In this document: piece after piece, positions 63,471 to 64,000 of the stretch
Layout: the number at the start of each line of letters is the position of its first letter
Numbering within the stretch: position 1 is the first letter of the stretch
Source: an uncultured delta proteobacterium
GTDB lineage: Bacteria; Myxococcota_A; Polyangia; Palsa-1104
NCBI GenBank assembly: GCA_963785725.1
Contig: CAWAWS010000037.1
Location: 1 to 64,000 of the forward strand
Direction: 5' to 3'
Length of the DNA: 64,000 bases
Notes under the pieces: generated by a model
Database searches by the model: none
What the model saw: the letters and a program-made list of their open reading frames with translations, nothing else
Told to the model about the DNA's origin: nothing
Translations under genes and position numbers: made by a program

Positions 63471-64000
63471 ATGAGCCGCGTCCTCGTCGTCGATGACGAG
63501 CCGGGGTTCGCCAAGCTGGTGCAGGCGCTGCTCGGCTCGGAGCACGCCATCGACGAGGTGTCATCGGCGGAAGCGGCCTTGGCCTCGCTCGACGAAGTGG
63601 CCTACGACGTCGTGCTCACCGACTTGCACATGCCGCCCGGGCCGACGGGCATCGAGCTCATGCGCCGCGCCCGCGAGCGCGACGTCGACATCCCGTTCAT
63701 CATGCTCACCGGCCACGCCACCGTCGAGAGCGCGGTCGACGCCATGCGCGAAGGCGCCTTCGATTACCTGCGCAAGACCGCGCCCGCCGACGAATTACGC
63801 TCGTCGGTGGCGCGCGCGCTCGGCCACGGCCGCATGCTGCGCGAGGTGCGCCGGCTGCGCGGCGAGGTGGCCGAGGCGCGCGGGCTCGCCAATCGCCCCG
63901 TCGGCAACTCCACGCGCATCCGCGACGTCATGCAGCTGGCCGAGCGCGTGGCGCAGTCCGACGCCAGCGTCATGATCTACGGCGAATCGGGCACCGGCAA
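63471..64000 (+). CDS. Sigma54-dependent response regulator (NtrC family), truncated by window end
   Basis: MSRVLVVDDE, TDLHMP, AFDYL, and Walker A YGESGTG at the window edge. Confidence 0.92.
   Translation, partial: MSRVLVVDDEPGFAKLVQALLGSEHAIDEVSSAEAALASLDEVAYDVVLTDLHMPPGPTGIELMRRARERDVDIPFIMLTGHATVESAVDAMREGAFDYLRKTAPADELRSSVARALGHGRMLREVRRLRGEVAEARGLANRPVGNSTRIRDVMQLAERVAQSDASVMIYGESGTG

Overview
High-GC bacterial DNA whose gene content (paired membrane Ser/Thr kinases, PilZ protein, sigma54 promoters, SecY paralogue) suggests Myxococcota (inference). 1-17.4 kb: mixed metabolic, lipid and signalling genes (PaaK-like ligase-SufS-like-ACT operon, thiolase, two paralogous kinases around a DAG-kinase-family gene, plant/chlamydia-type FabI, PlsX plus an App1-like phosphatase). 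17.4-59.5 kb: a ~42 kb surface-glycosylation locus. It holds a GDP-fucose/methyltransferase operon, a pseudaminic-acid pathway extended by an SpsF-like cytidylyltransferase, a class III aminotransferase and an aldo-keto reductase, five polyprenol-phosphate-type GT2s, about eight predicted GT-C membrane proteins (four are paralogues sharing PxxD[LT]P[ND]HL), a KpsS-like candidate transferase, a GT2-CapK fusion and a SecY-like protein. No wzx/wzy/wzm/wzt/waaL was recognised. 59.5-64 kb: HAD phosphatase, M20 peptidase, an ECF sigma with a sigma54 promoter, and a divergent hybrid kinase/NtrC pair. Frameshifts in plsX, pseB, one GT-C and DUF362 look like consensus artefacts. No rRNA, tRNA, CRISPR array or mobile element was seen. 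All family calls come from motif reading by eye, not database searches.
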